A stretch of DNA of 64,000 nucleotides, taken from positions 34,658,001 through 34,722,000 of the forward strand of contig OZ024740.1 in the NCBI GenBank assembly GCA_964016885.1. The letters run 5' to 3'. The notes under the pieces are model-generated. The model was not told the DNA's origin. It searched no databases and was given only the letters and a program-made list of their open reading frames with translations. The position numbers were made by a program, and so were the translations under genes. Each line of letters begins with the position of its first letter. Position 1 is the first letter of the stretch. This DNA comes from Eledone cirrhosa (taxonomy: Eukaryota). Positions 39,261-55,199 of the stretch are shown here, in pieces.

Positions 39261-42200
39261 TCTTCTGGTTTTATAATTTCACAAAGTTTTACCAATAGAG
39301 AGAGAGTCGCTAACATAGACACAAGACTCTCTCATTGGAATTTATACAACATCAACTAGGTAGATGTGTATGCATGCATGCGTAGATATGGATGTTATTG
39401 TATGTGTGGATGTGTATCTTTGGAGTTGTATGTGTGCATGTGTATATGCTTTGTATCTGTACATGTGTATATGCAGTTATTAGATGCAACATTTTTGGAA
39501 TGTTTTACATATTTTTACTGTTCCATTAATGGATTGTACTTGTAGTTTCATAACTAGTTGTGTTCTTTCTGTTACTGTGAAGCCTAGCTTCTCAAGATTT
39601 GTATTGAGGCAGTTACTAACATATCCGAGTGCCCCAATAATCACAGGCATAAATCTGAAGGTGTAATCAGGGTGGAGTATCTGCAGGTTTCTCATCAGTT
39701 CTGAATAAATATTCTCCTTTTCACTAATCTTTGATATTATATTGGCATCTGCTGGGCAGCTAATTTCCACTACTGTGCATGTTTTCTTCTCCCTGTCCCA
39801 TATCATAATATCTGGTATGTTATGCGTGCATTTTATTGGGGTTTTTACTGGAACATTCCACCAGTACTCTTTCATATTATGTACATGGATGTCTTCCACA
39901 TTGTTGTAGCTTTTAATGTGTTTATTATTGGGGCTATCTTTTTTACGAACTGCATTGTACAGTGTTTTGGCCACTACATCATACCTCATAGGTAGATAGT
40001 ACCGCGATGACATCTTTGGACAGCTGCTGATGACATGGGTGATATCCTCGATGTTAGTTCTGCAGAGTCTGCACTTGTTATCACATCTAGGTGTTTTGCC
40101 TGCATCGCTATCTCTTTTGTGAATCAGGTATTTCGTGCTAATCTCCTGTTCTTGGATTGCAAAAGCGTATCCTTCAAAGTGGGAGCCAATATAGCGGTTG
40201 TTGGTCCAAGATAGACTACTTTCCTTATCTATATTACTCTCACTCTGGAGCTTCCTGGAAACATATCCATGCATAATATTTTGCTGATAGGCATGCAGTT
40301 TTTCATCCATGGATTCACTGCGATACTGCTGAGCGACATAACTGGGTGTGAGTTTTTGATTATCACACAGGGAATATCTCTCAAGGAGTTCCTTCCCAAC
40401 TCTCATGATCTTATCTGATTCATGCAGATAGACTTGCTCGAGAAGCGAGCTCCTACGCTTCTAGGTTCGTAGATGTTGTCGGAGAGATATGATGCGACAT
40501 TCAAATGTTGTCTGGACTGATGTTAGGCCTCTGCCTCCCTGCTTACGTTTCAAGTAAAGGCGGTCTATGTCACTGTTGATGTGGAAGTTTCCGGTGTTGT
40601 TCAGTATTTTTCGAGTTCCAACATCAACTGCTCGGATTTCGTCTATCGTCCAATTGAGTATTCCAAACGTTGGTGTTAGGACAGGCACAGCAAACACATT
40701 GTGAGCCACTGTTTTGTTTTGCGCAGAGAGTTCCGATGACCAGATCTTTCTTAATCGGGTGTAGTATTCCCTGGTTACGCGTTCTTTATTACAGATACCA
40801 TTATAGGATATGTTCTCATCTATCCCCCGGTATCTGTAGCAGTCCTCATCAGATATCGGTGAAATAGTTAGACCATTGATGACAATGTTGCTAGATTGGG
40901 TTGTTGTTTTTCCCCGCTTTACAGTCATGTATGAGCATTTATCTTGGCCAAACTCCATTCCTATATCCTTTGAGAACGTTGTAACCAGGTCAAGATTTTT
41001 CTTCATCCCATCCATGTTCTTGGCATAGAGTTTCAGATCGTCCACAAAGAAGTTATGGGTTAGGTTCGTATTTCTGTCCTCCTGTGAGCCAATGATGTAT
41101 CCCTCACATTTCTTGAGCAGAAAGGACAAGGGGTTTAATGACAAGATGAACACTATCACAGAGAGACTGTCCCTCTGAAATACACCCCTGCAATATTTTA
41201 TTTTATCAGTGAAAATAGAGTCCTCCCTCTCTGTCTTTAACCTTAGGATAGTAGCCCAAGAAGAAGACAGCTTCTCTATGGCTCTGACAATAATGTCTGG
41301 GACTTTAGCAAGTTGGAGGGCCTCTATCATCCAAGAGTGGGGAACAGAATCGAAAGCTTTCTTGTAGTCCAACCAGATTGTAGTCATATTCCTCCTAAGT
41401 TGTCTCACCTCCGACATCGCAGTTTTGTTGATTAGGAGTTGTTCAGCACATCCCCAAACCCTTTTCTTTCCAGCTGCTTGTTCATCTGTGATGATGCTAT
41501 TATTTTCACAATGATCTTGGAGGAATAGGTTCAGGCAGGCTGTATACATCTTATACATGAGGTTCTGGCATGCAATGGGTCGGTAGTTTTTTGCCAAGTG
41601 GGTGTCTTTGTTCTTGGGGACCAGTAACGTTTGTGCTAATGTCAACCATCCTGGTATAAGTGTATCTCCCTTAAGAACTTGTTGGTAGAGGTCAGTAAGA
41701 TACCTGCGATAGAATATTAGTTTTTTGTACTAGTAGCCGACAATCATGTCTCTTCCTGGTGTTTTCTTATCTTGGAGTTTTCATATCACAGTCTCAAGAG
41801 TACCCTCATTTATTTCGTATGTTTTTGTTGTAGTGTAGGAGCAATAGTTCTTTCGGATTTCTCTTAGCCACACTGCATCTTGGTTGAAATTCTTCTTTTC
41901 ACCCCATATTTTTCTCCAAACGGAATCTATGTCTTTCTGGGATGGGGACTCAGTGACACTTATTAGTTTGCTCTTCATATCTCTATAGACTGATGTTTGG
42001 TTTCGTCTGAATCTTTTATTAAGCATTTTTCTCTCATCTACCTTCTTCAGGTATCGGCGTTTTTCGCTAACAGCTCTCAATTCTTGTTTGAGGGTGATCA
42101 GCTTATATTGGAGAGTTCTGGTTCTACTGTTACCAAACATCGTCTCTATTTTATTTTTCACTCTTTGTTGGTGAGGAGTGAGGTGTTTTTGTGTTTGTTT

Positions 42201-43351
42201 GCATGTAAGGAGTATTGTCACATGTCCTATGTTTTTTCGTAGGTCAGCACTCTTTTTTTCTATTTTAGTTATATATGATGGTATTTTTGGTGTTGTTTTG
42301 TTCTTGTAATATCTCTGCTATCACCAAGATAATGCTTCACTGTCCTTGCTAAGGCATATAAACAGGCGTTGATTTGCCAAAATGTTGGGGTTTTTATCCG
42401 TCGTAAATATTCATCCCCTATTTCGTCAATAACACGTAGTATTTCATTATTTGGCTTTTTATTCACCATTGTCATTTTAACACGTTCAGCCAGAGAGATA
42501 TTTATACATGAGTTAATTTCTCTCTGGAAGATTTCGTTGAGGGAAATTTTCAATTTTTTATACTTTTGATTATAATTATCGATAGTATTTTCCACAACAG
42601 TCGAGGTAGACTCGGATGGTATACGTGGTGTCACATTTATTCGATTATTATTATTATCGAATGTGTTTTCCCCAGCATTCGAGGTAGACTTAGATGGTAC
42701 AGGTGGTGTCAAGTTTCTTACAGGCATAGTTGTTTCAAGGCGCCGTTCGACCTGGCTGCTAGGAAGTCTAGTAGCATGGCGATCTGTAGCACGTGTTGTT
42801 GATTCCATGTTTGTTGTGGGGGACTTACAATTAATAATATTTATCTTATTTTTACGTTCAACAAACGTCGCTTGTTGGCGTAATTGTTTCGCTGTGAAAT
42901 AATTTAGCTCTGGGTGCATTTCGTCCCAGTGTGGCTTCATTCTATTCCTATAGCCAATGGAGGGATTGTTTTTTGCCATTTTATAACAATTAAATAAATC
43001 ATTATTAAGTTCGCAACTCCAAGAGAAATGCGATTTATAATTTCGGTTTCTTCTGTAGCTACAACTGAATAAAGTTTGATTACTTTCCTTGTTATTTGTC
43101 TTCGATACTTCCTTAATTTTTTTGTTGATGTTGTGTTCAGCCATGCTGTTTGTAGCAAATCCTTGTAAAATGAATTATGTATTTAGTCGGATATCTCTAC
43201 GAATTCGAATAAAAGGTGTCTTCAGAAGGGATAGTTAGAAGAATAACCAGTTATTCAACCTGGCTGTAGTTGTGGCATTACTGTCGGAGATAGTATTCAT
43301 TTTAATTTTAATAAATAGTCTCCGACGCCAAAATATGCGACTGATCGCGTT
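39261..43351 (-). mobile_element. R4/Dong-clade non-LTR retrotransposon, near full length, a few stops and frameshifts
   Basis: NYRPIAC, WLDYKKAFDSVPH, FFVDDLKLY, GGRGL, AIQEQ, CRLC..EDITHVISSC, PDIMIWD..VEISCP, PVIIGALG. (TGTA)n on both flanks. Confidence 0.92.
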
Positions 43352-43387
43352 GTATGTATGTATGTATGTATGTATGTATGTATGTAT

Positions 43388-44480
43388 GATGACCCCTTAG
43401 CCTTTGTCAAGGCAGAATTCTAGGAGAAGGAAAACTCTGATATAACACCTGCAACCCTGATGGTATCCAATGATGTTGACTTGTTCTTCTTTTTGGTAAA
43501 TATCATCTTGGTTAAGAGAGTGGGACTGGCTTTGTGCAGTGCCTTTGCTCACTATAAAAGCTTCACAGCACAGGCATTGCTTTATATCTGGATATCTCTC
43601 TGCACTTGTCGTCACATGGTACCATGGGCCCAGCACTATGTGTCAATAATTGTCACAAGTGTAGTGTTTGTACCAGAGTTTTCAAGTCGCTGGCTGGACT
43701 AAAAAGTCACATTCGTTCAGCGCATCGGTAGGGGTTCTCCTACATGGATATAAAGTAGTGGCCCTACTCGAAAACGAGTTGGCAGCCACCATGTAAGTAT
43801 GTATGTATGTATGTATGTATGTATGTATGTATGTATGTATGTATGTATGTATGTATGTATGTATGTATGTCAGGTCACCAGTTGGTGCTACTGGTAACAT
43901 GTATCCCAGTACAACCTGTCTCATGGTCGGGTCGTTGGCGACTAAACTGGCAACCCTACCAAAGTTTCTTGGTGAGGAGGGTGACTTTGGACATCCTGCA
44001 GGACTAAAAACAAAACCTGTCAAAGGGCAAAGGAGCTCTTAAGAGTCAATGGCCATGCAAAATCACCGGGAGAGATGGCCCCTTAGCCTTTGTCAAGGCA
44101 AAATTCTAGGAGAAGGAAAACTCTGATATAACACCTGCAACCCTGATGGTATCCAATGATGTTGACTTGTTCTTCTTTTTGGTAAATATCATCTTGGTTA
44201 AGAGAGTGGGACTGGCTTTGTGCAGTGCCTTTGCTCACTATAAAAGCTTCACAGCACAGGCATTGCTTTATATCTGGAGATCTCTCTGCACTTGTCCTCA
44301 CATGGTACCATGGGCCCAGCACTATGTGTCAATAATTGTCACAAGTGTAGTGTTTGTACCAGAGGTTTCAAGTCGCTGGCTGGACTAAAAAGTCACACTC
44401 GTTCAGCGCATCGGTAGAGGTTCTCCTACATGGATATAAAGTAGTGGCCGTACTCGAAAACGAGTTGGCAGCCACCATGT
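43388..44480 (+). mobile_element. Two tandem RTE-derived non-autonomous elements (43388-43795 5'-truncated; 43868-44480 full)
   Basis: Near-identical to 23431-24040 and separated by (TGTA)n. Confidence 0.88.
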
Positions 44481-44569
44481 ATGTATGTATGCATGCATGC
44501 ATGTACGGATTTACGTATGTTTGTGTATGTGTAACAAATCATTTGATATCATGATATATATATATATAT

Positions 44570-44969
44570 AATTGTTTCTACTTTTGGCACAAGGCCAGCA
44601 ATTACCCAGTACATTACCGGTACTTTATTTTATCGAACCCGTAAGGATGAAAGGCAGAGTTAACCTCGGCGAAATTTGAACTCAGATCATAAAGGGACGC
44701 AACTCTATGCTTCAAATCATGGCGTCCGACCCTCTACCGATACTGCCAATCCACCAATGGCGATGGATTATATATATATATAAGGGCGATGGATTGGCAG
44801 TATCGGTAGAGGGTCGGACGCCATGCTTTGATGCATAGAGTAACGGCCCTTGCCATTCTGAGTTCAAATCCCGCCATGGTTAACTTTGCCTTTTATACTT
44901 ACGGGGTCGATAAAATAAAGTACCAGTAATGTACTGGGTAATTGCTGGCCTTGTGCCAAAAGTAGAAAC

Positions 44970-44975
<6 letters not shown>
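44570..44975. mobile_element. Head-to-head inverted SINE pair around a short (TA)n
   Basis: 44570-44765 minus and 44783-44975 plus; AATTGTTTCTACTTTTGGCACAAGGCC ... GGCCTTGTGCCAAAAGTAGAAACAATT. Confidence 0.9.
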
Positions 44976-45012
<37 letters not shown>

Positions 45013-45062
45013 ATTTAAAGATTGAAAAATTGACCTAAATATATTTAAATCTATTTTTTAAG

Positions 45063-45146
45063 GAAATATCCTGGTTTGACGAGAAAGAACACAATTCTGG
45101 AACCTTGTGTTCACTTTTATCATTGGATTCTTCTCGTGTGAAAGGC
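45063..45146 (+). CDS. ABCB1: ABCB1-like exon (EISWFDEKEHNSGTLCSLLSLDSSRVKG)
   Basis: TTTTAAG acceptor and GTAAGT donor. 84 nt, equivalent to human [28 protein letters not shown]. Confidence 0.95.
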
Positions 45147-45344
45147 GTAAGTACTTATATCAATTGAAATATTTCTCAGTGTTCAACTTAGTAATTTCTA
45201 TTCTGTTATATATCTTAAAATTACAGATCTTTGCAAATAATTTAAATTGTTGAAAATTGAGAATCACAGATTCTACTGATTTACATGTTAGTGTTAACTT
45301 GTTTCAGCCTATCAGAGCAGCAAATAGAATGTTTTTAGAATTAA

Positions 45345-46212
45345 TAATTGTTTCTACTTTTGGCACAAGGCCAGAAATTATTCCAGTGTATTACTGGTAC
45401 TTTATTTTATCGACCCCGTAAGGATGAAAGGCAAAGTTAACCTCGGCGGGATTTGAACTCAGTCCGTAAAGGGACGTAACTGTGCTGCAAAGCATGGCGT
45501 CCGACCCTTTTTTTTAGAATTAATAATTGTTTCTACTTTAGGCACAAGGCCAGCAATTACCCAGTGCATTACTGGTACTTTATTTTATCGACCCCGTAAG
45601 GATGAAAGGCAAAGTCAACCTCGGCGGGATTTGAACTCAGATCGTAAAGGGACGTAACTATGGTGGAAAGCATGGCGTCCGACCCTCTACCGATACTGCC
45701 AATCCACAGAATTAATAATGTAAGGTTAATGTAATTAATCTGGTATCTTCTCCAAAGGGATGCAGTTGTGGGAAAATAGAATTGTGAATGGGTTACGAAA
45801 GGTTCGGGTAAAAGTTTGAGTGGGAAGAGAAAGAGCACTGAGTGCATGTAGTAATTTAGGTTTATGTGGCATTAATCACAAGAGTAAAAATAATTTTAGT
45901 TGTCGTACAAGAGAATAAGAAAGGGCATTTTTAAAAACAACTGTGAAGTTTTGAAGATATTTCTGAGTATGGTTAGCTCTTTGAAATAGATTGCTTACTG
46001 ATTATGATCATTTCAGTTATATGAATAATTGTTTCTACTTTTGGCACAAGGCCAGCAATTATCCCAGTGTATTACTGGTACTTTATTTTATCGACCCCGT
46101 AAGGATGAAAGGCAAAGTTAACCTCGGCGGGATTTGAACTCAGAACATAAAGAGATGTAACTATGATGGAAAGCATAGCGTCCGACCCACTACTGATACT
46201 GCCAATTCACCG
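45345..46212 (-). mobile_element. Three minus-strand SINE copies (45345-45510, 45525-45710, 46027-46212)
   Basis: Each begins AATTGTTTCTACTTT.GGCACAAGGCC and contains ATCGACCCCGTAAGGATGAAAGG. Confidence 0.88.
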
Positions 46213-47049
46213 AATAATATTTTAGATTCAGTTTAGAAGTAGTGTGTATACCCGAAGAGGTGATCTATTCTTTTGATACTTCTGCACAAATAGTAATCTA
46301 AATTACATATAGCTTAGAATGTAGGGACAGGATCAATATCCGTATTTTGATATTGTAAGTTTTCAGTTGAAATAGTGTAATTTTCTTCGTGGTCATACTT
46401 ATGGAATATATAACTTACTCTTTTCGTCGATGATCAACGGTCTTAAGATTGATTTTGGTTACGAATGACCAAGTAAGTGTTTTGCACCCAGAAGGCTCCC
46501 TGTCGGGCCACAAGTCTGAGCAAGGTGTTTTTGTTGAAGACCAGCACTCACCCTTTTATACCACTCTCCCCTCTCCACACTACCAATGTTATTCAAGGCA
46601 AAGGTAAAGGCCGATACAGCTTGGTACATGTGATTCATGCAACCTATTTCTACAGTTGAGTGAACGTGAAATAATGTCTTTCTCAAGAACACAATGCCCC
46701 ACCGTTCACTATTGTGGATCCAACGTTCTAACAACTAAGCCACATATCTTCTAACAAGTGAAGTGTCAATCACTGGCGTTGTAAATAATCTTGTCCCTAA
46801 ACGTAAAGTCAGATGTTTAAGGGGTTGCCATCATCAGTGTATGTTGATTTCCTGAGAAGACACAGTTTGTAAATGTTATTAAGGAAAGCTATCAAAGTTT
46901 CATGAGGATATTTTGTGAAGAGTGTGTGAGGTAATAGGGGTAATGTAAAATGTACTTAACTCTTGGTGGAGTTGTAAGGGTGCCATCTTGACACTTGGGG
47001 ATCTAAAACCTGATGGAAAATTTAGGATATTACTAAGTCAAGAATTTTA

Positions 47050-47520
47050 AGTAATGACCGAAAGAATACGATTGCGAATACAAGTGGCCGAAATGGGGTC
47101 CCTCCGAAGGGTCTTTGGAGTAACATTACTCAGTAGAGTGCGTAGCTCAGAGAGTCAATCCAGCAGAGCCGCTACTTCTCCAGATTCAGAGATCACAGCT
47201 TCGGTACTCTGGGCATGTGGTTAGAATGTCTCAGGAAAGAATCGCTGGACAGATTTTACGGGCAAAACCAACTGGTAGGAGACCCAGTTGTAGACCCTGA
47301 GCAAAATGGGTGGATAACATCCATGAGCTTGGCTGGTCTCGCTTGGGGATTCAGCCGGATCTGTTGGAGACGGTTGCTTCTGACAGGACCTGCTGGAAGG
47401 AGTGTTTGAGGACTCTGCCACCACCCACGACCCTCTCAGGTATTAGTGGGAGAAGAAGAAGAAGAAGAAGAAGAAGAAGAAGAAGAAGAAGAAGAAGAAG
47501 AAGAAGAAGAAGAAGAAGAA
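47050..47520 (+). mobile_element. RTE-group LINE 3' fragment with (GAA)n tail
   Basis: RIQVAEMGSLRRV.GVTLL.RVRS and EPLLLQIQRSQLR..GHVVRM; (GAA)n at 47451-47520. Confidence 0.75.
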
Positions 47521-47774
47521 GACGACGAGGAGGAGGAGGAGGTTTGTCGTTTGCGAACAACAATTATTTAAACTTTAAGAACGGAATTTTCAGAGGTTGC
47601 CTATAACTTAAAAGCCAACTCCTTACTGGAATCATCCATGTATTCACCTTATTTTCAACTCCCTTGATATTGATTTCTATACTTCCTTCATAACTTTTCT
47701 GTTTGCCACACTTATATACACAGTATACCTTCTATACTATACAACTCCAACACTTAAATAAAAATCTATATATA

Positions 47775-48961
<1,187 letters not shown>

Positions 48962-49240
48962 TTATAGTCCACCTGGTTCCTTACCACCATAACGTTCGGA
49001 TCTAGCTGTCGAAACGGCCGGAGCTCAGCCCAGCGGTCCTGACTCTTTCTTATTACCCACTCTACTATCCTAAGTATCGAGTACTCTCGTGCGTTATGGT
49101 CCACCTCGTATCTTACCACACTTTCTTTGTTATATATATATATATACTAGTTGGCCTGTCCGGCTGGCGCCCGTAAGGTATACCTGCCCCCACCACTCTA
49201 CTGCAAAGATACCACACACCCTCCCGTGTCACATTGTCCC

Positions 49241-49292
<52 letters not shown>

Positions 49293-49399
49293 AACTAACA
49301 CTTTAATTGTATCTCTCACTGTCTAACGGCCTATATCTCTCTTTTCCCCCTCCCTCTGTTTTTCTGTCTCTCTCTGTAGATGTGTATGTGTAGTTTTCT

Positions 49400-49453
<54 letters not shown>

Positions 49454-49726
49454 ATATTGAAGGGAGATACGGAAACTAAAACAGTGTTGTCATATAGAGA
49501 GTGAAGAGCAACAGAGAGAGTAAATCAGTTAAATTATAGAGAGGGGGAATGACCTTACATACATACATGCATACATACATACATACATATAAAGTATAGA
49601 TATGTGTGTGTGTGTTTGTGTATGTGTATGTGTTTGTGTATGTGTGTATGTGCATGTGTGTGTCTGTGTGTCTTGTTTTGCTGTTATCCGGCAATTGGCG
49701 AAATCAGGTGTGAAAATATGTGTATT

Positions 49727-49759
<33 letters not shown>

Positions 49760-50109
49760 GTGTGTATGTGTGTGTGTATGTGCGTGTGTTACTTGTATCC
49801 AAATGATTTTAGATGTATGTATTACCTGCTTGCCCGTCCCTATGTTTCTCTCTCTCTCTCTCTCTCTCTCTCCCTCTCTCCCCTCTCTCTCTTTAGATGT
49901 GTGTGTGTGTGTGTAGTTTTCCTAATCTGTCTCTTTCACTCTGTCTCTCTAAGAGGGTTGCTTTTGATGTATGTATTACCTGCTTGTGTGTTGACCGAAT
50001 TTGACGGAGGTTATCCTTTTGAAATAAACATACATACGATGCTCATCTCTATGTTGATATATGATATAAATAATGGGATTGATGAGTTAATATCTGTATA
50101 CAACAACTA

Positions 50110-50392
50110 CAACGGTACGCGATGGGGCCCACCCACAGCCCCGGCGGACAGAATCGAGAAGGCGTTTCCCCGGCGGACGGCAAGGGAGACGCGCTGGAAA
50201 AGCCACTCCAACTCGCGGGGCTCACACCTGAGGTTGGCCATCTCAGCGTCTATGGTGGTGAGTAAGGAGGTAGCCCTGGGGCCGAGGACACCAGAAGTCT
50301 CCACTGCCAGGGGTACGACCGCAAATCTGTCGGAGAGCGACCAGTATTTGAGGAGTTTGGCCCCCTCAGCCCGATGTGCAGCAGAACCTGGG
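50110..50392 (-). mobile_element. CRE-clade 3' fragment
   Basis: PGSAAHRAEGAKLLKY..VPLAVETSG..FQRVSLAVRRGNA. Confidence 0.85.
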
Positions 50393-50494
50393 TATATATT
50401 CATATATTGAAGGCAGATACTGAAAATAAAAGAGTGTTGTCATATAGAGAGTGAAGAGAAACAGAGAGTAAAGCAGTTAAATTATAGAGAGGGT

Positions 50495-50560
<66 letters not shown>

Positions 50561-50754
50561 ATGAGACGACGCTCAGCTTTATAATATTTGAGAGTGAAGA
50601 GCGACAGAGAGAGTAAAGCAGTTAAATTATAGAGAGGGGAATGATCTATTATAGAGAGAGTGAAGAGCGACGGAGAGAGTAAAGCTAAGAAACTATAAAG
50701 AGGTGTGTAGGATACATACATAATACATACACACGACACTCAGCTTTATAATAT

Positions 50755-50810
<56 letters not shown>

Positions 50811-51427
50811 TCTCGAAAGGAAGAAAGGCAAAGTTAACCTCGATGGGATTTGAACTCAGACCACCGTGAACCGGAACAAATACTGAGGCACTTTTTGTTC
50901 GACACCACACCAACTCCGTCAATTCACCGCCATGTGTTTATAGAAAGTTGGCTAGACATATAAAGACATGTAGAATCACGTGCAATGGAAGTAGTATATT
51001 TGGAAGAGAATTTGTATACAGACAGCTTTACGTCAAGTTTATCGTATTTGAAAATGTCGATGTTTCTTTTCTTGTTACATTGAAATTCATTTCTAGAAGT
51101 GACCAATGACGTATCATATTTGAGATTACAAGGCTTGTTTTACGGTTCCGATGCTGTTAAATATCGAGATATATTTAACATAAAAAAAGTGTTTTTTCTC
51201 CAGAATGGCTGACTGAACACACACACACGTTTTTTCAAAAACATTTTCCCGTTGTTTTCTCATCTCACTCACTATCTTTCTGTTTCATTTTTTATTTCTC
51301 ATTCTATCTTCTGGTGAAGACTTGTGTCCGAAACGTAAATACTAATTTCCTACTATATCAAGCCTTAATTATATATATTTCTTTATTGTACTCTGTTGTT
51401 TGCTTTGATGTTTCCGTTTACTTTTTG

Positions 51428-51722
<295 letters not shown>

Positions 51723-51816
51723 TACTCTGTTTAGCTCTACACCTCGCCACTGTCGTGAACCTAAACATTGACTGCTCACCTGGGTCAACCTACAGTAACT
51801 TCACGTTACGGTCCCT

Positions 51817-51863
<47 letters not shown>

Positions 51864-51910
51864 CACATACACACACACACACATATATATATACACATAT
51901 ATATATACAT

Positions 51911-51943
<33 letters not shown>

Positions 51944-52163
51944 ATAATAATAATATTAATACTTATATATAAACTATATATAATTATAAACAGGAAAGGT
52001 CAGTATTTTTTTATTTTTTACCACATTATTACCAGTATGAAAAATAGCTGAATGTAAATACATCAGATGTCTTACAAAGCAGGAAAATAAAGTGCAGAAC
52101 AATCAAAACTATGTTTAATACCTTTTATTGCTGACAATCGTTTCTTCCAAACAGCCGTTTAGA

Positions 52164-52212
<49 letters not shown>

Positions 52213-52422
52213 CGTTTCTGAATTTGTTTAGCAAGATTCTTTATCTGAAAACGTGTGTTGAAACCGATATTGTTATACTTTGGGAGGGTCATGTTGCTAA
52301 TAAGAAACACATGCACCAGTTGCTTTCACTCCAATTTATTATAAATTAAATTATAAATTTAAATAATTTATAAATTTCCGGTTGGCTGGTTGGTTCCACA
52401 ACCGGAAGGTTGTTCATATATT

Positions 52423-52465
52423 GTCAAAGTTCTTTCGTCACACATTCTGTGACCTCTTCAGTGAC
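52423..52465 (-). ncRNA. Minimal type I hammerhead within fold-back element 52210-52695
   Basis: Minus strand reads GTCA-CTGAAGA-GGTCAC(AGAATGT)GTGAC-GAAAG-AA-CTT-TGAC. Stem III is too short to fold as a monomer. Confidence 0.65.
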
Positions 52466-52794
52466 TGGGGTTCTTTTCTTTGTTTTGTGCCTTTCCTTTG
52501 TTCTGTCCTACGCCATCTTGTTTTTGTGTGACACAAAAACAAGATGGCGCAGGACAGAACAAAGGAGAGGCAACCAACCAACAGGAAATTTATAAATTTT
52601 TTAAATTTATAATTTAATTTATAATAAATTGGAGTGAAAGCCACTGGGGCGTGTGTTACTTATTGGCAACATGACCCTCCCAAAGTATAACAATATATAT
52701 ATATATATATTAACGAAGCTAATTACACAATATATCAAACATATATTTGTCTTAACTTTTCATTTTAACGATTTCTTTTTATTTTCCGTGTTAG

Positions 52795-52998
52795 GCTAGC
52801 GGAACCAAATTTGGAATTATTGTGCAGTCGGCTGCAATTTTGTTAACAGGAATAATTTTATCTCTCATATATGGATGGCGTTTGGCGCTACTTGTTTTCG
52901 CTTTCCTCCCGTTTTTGGTGATGGCTGGTTTAATTGAAAATAGATTAATGACAAATTCACTAAATCAAAGTTCTAGCGCAATGAAGGAGATAGTAAAA
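52795..52998 (+). CDS. ABCB1: ABCB1-like exon, TM9-TM10 (ASGTKFGIIVQSAAILLTGIILSLIYGWRLALLVFAFLPFLVMAGLIENRLMTNSLNQSSSAMKEIVK)
   Basis: Pyrimidine tract + TTAG acceptor and GTAAGT donor. 204 nt, the same size as the human exon containing IISFIYGWQLTLL. Confidence 0.96.
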
Positions 52999-55114
52999 GT
53001 AAGTATCATTTTTCAGGCATTCTTTTTTGTTGTTAAGAAACCTCAACTATTTGTTAAGAGTCTTCTAATCTGTGTCTCTATATATTCCACACGATCAATT
53101 TATGTTAACCATCATCTTAATAAGGAGTTTACAAGAGTGTGTGTTGACCTAATTTTTCCATATTAAAATATTAAATCTATTTTAGACATCCGATAAGGAG
53201 GTCCCCAGAAGGTCACACGACTTGCTGGAAAATATACTATTTTACCACACCAAAGGAAGAGCGCAATGGATATATGTAGTCTTGGTAGGCTGAACATCAC
53301 CCCTCCCCCCCCCCCCCAAAACCCCGAAACAAAACAAAACAAAACAAAACAACCCCCCTCACCCCGCCGCAAAAAAACAAAAACGGGATAGTCGCAGCTG
53401 AAATATTGATTATTGATCTGATTGATCAGAAATGTTCTGGAACAAAACACAAATAACAACTAAAGTGGAAGTTATTCCAGTTGTTGGGGCTTTGGTGTGA
53501 CCACGAAGAACATCTAAACTTGGATTTCAAAGATTAATGTGGAAATTTGGATGGAATTACTACAAAAGACTGTGCTAATTCCTTACTATATTTGTATGCT
53601 AACTGATCGTTAAATAAATGATTTTACTAAATTTCGCCTCAGATATCAAAAGATGAAGGGGTAAGGAACGTGAAAGTAGATGAAAAAAAAAGGAGTTGCA
53701 TGGTCGATTTGCAAGAGATGTTGGCAGAAAAAACGTTGTGAATGGGAGAGTAGGAAGTGGCTGACAAAAAGATGCTTGAAACCAGAAACTGAAGCTCTGA
53801 TTTGTGCAGTACAAGACAAACTATAGCGGAGACAAGTGAAGGATGCCATTAGAGTCTCGAGCTGGAGGTTTGCACGTAAGGGGACAAGAAGTACATATCC
53901 GCAATAAGACTGACTTAAATATAACACGATTGATTCAGACAACAAAATATTGGTCTGGTCATGCTTTGGTGCGCAGTACATTTAAAATGAAGTCTAAGTC
54001 TGTCATAAAAGATAACCAGAAACAACTTCCAAATAAGTTAGATGTGTCAAAGCTCAAATCTGATACAACCTAAAACATACTCTCGCGGCATGGATGTAAA
54101 ACTACAGGCTATTGATAAGAAATGCAGAGGAATCATGGGGTCATTTAAGAGATACAATTTATAAGTTATTTATAGAGGTACTTGGTTTTTCTCATCGAAA
54201 ACATCAAAACTGCTTCAATAAAAATAATGAAGTCATCAACATAGATTTCCAAGAAATGTTTAGACTACATAAGGAATAGATTGCTGACAGAAACACTTGC
54301 CAACACAACAAAAAAGAACAACAACAACAAACAGACAAACAAAAGACAATATAAAGTAACCAAAAGATCAGTACAAGCTGCTTTCACATGAGATATCAGA
54401 GGCAAATATGTAAAGCAAAATGGATGATAGAATGACGAACAGTGTTATCTTGTTTATGATATTCCTGACATAGAAACGTTTTAATTAGGACACAATTAAG
54501 GTGATGTGGTTATGTTTTGCGAATGAATGAATTCCAAAGCAAGTATTTGTGAACAATTAGATAATTCACGGTGTAAGATTGGTAACCCCGTTGTTATAGT
54601 AGAAGGATGATTTAACCTCCCAATATAAACAGTTATGACTGGGAAGTTATAAAAAACAAACCAAAAACAAACAAACAAAATGACTGGAGAAGACAGTGCC
54701 ATATAAGACTGGTAAACTTCGAAGTACCAATAATCCTCTACTATGGCATGATGCATGAAAGCAGAAAGCGAAACCATAAAATATCAATAATCTTACAAAC
54801 TATCACCGCTCCGACTGTAACTTTTCGGCCATGTCAAATTCTGACTTAACTAGCGGTCTCAAAGTAATTTATGTTCTGACATATGTAATTTATAATTATC
54901 TGTGTAAAACACAAAATAATGGTTTCTGATTTAGTCACAAGGTCAACAATTTTGGGGGAGGGGAAAGTCGATTAAACCGGTACTTTATTTTATTGACCCC
55001 GTAAGGATGAAAAACGTAAAGGGACGTAACTATATGCCGCGAAGCATTTTGTCCGACGCTTTACCGATACTGTCAATCGACCACCCTTTTAAATTGTAAA
55101 TAATTATTTCTTTA

Positions 55115-55161
<47 letters not shown>

Positions 55162-55199
55162 ACATTACAGATATTAATAAACCAAAACCAAATGAATAT

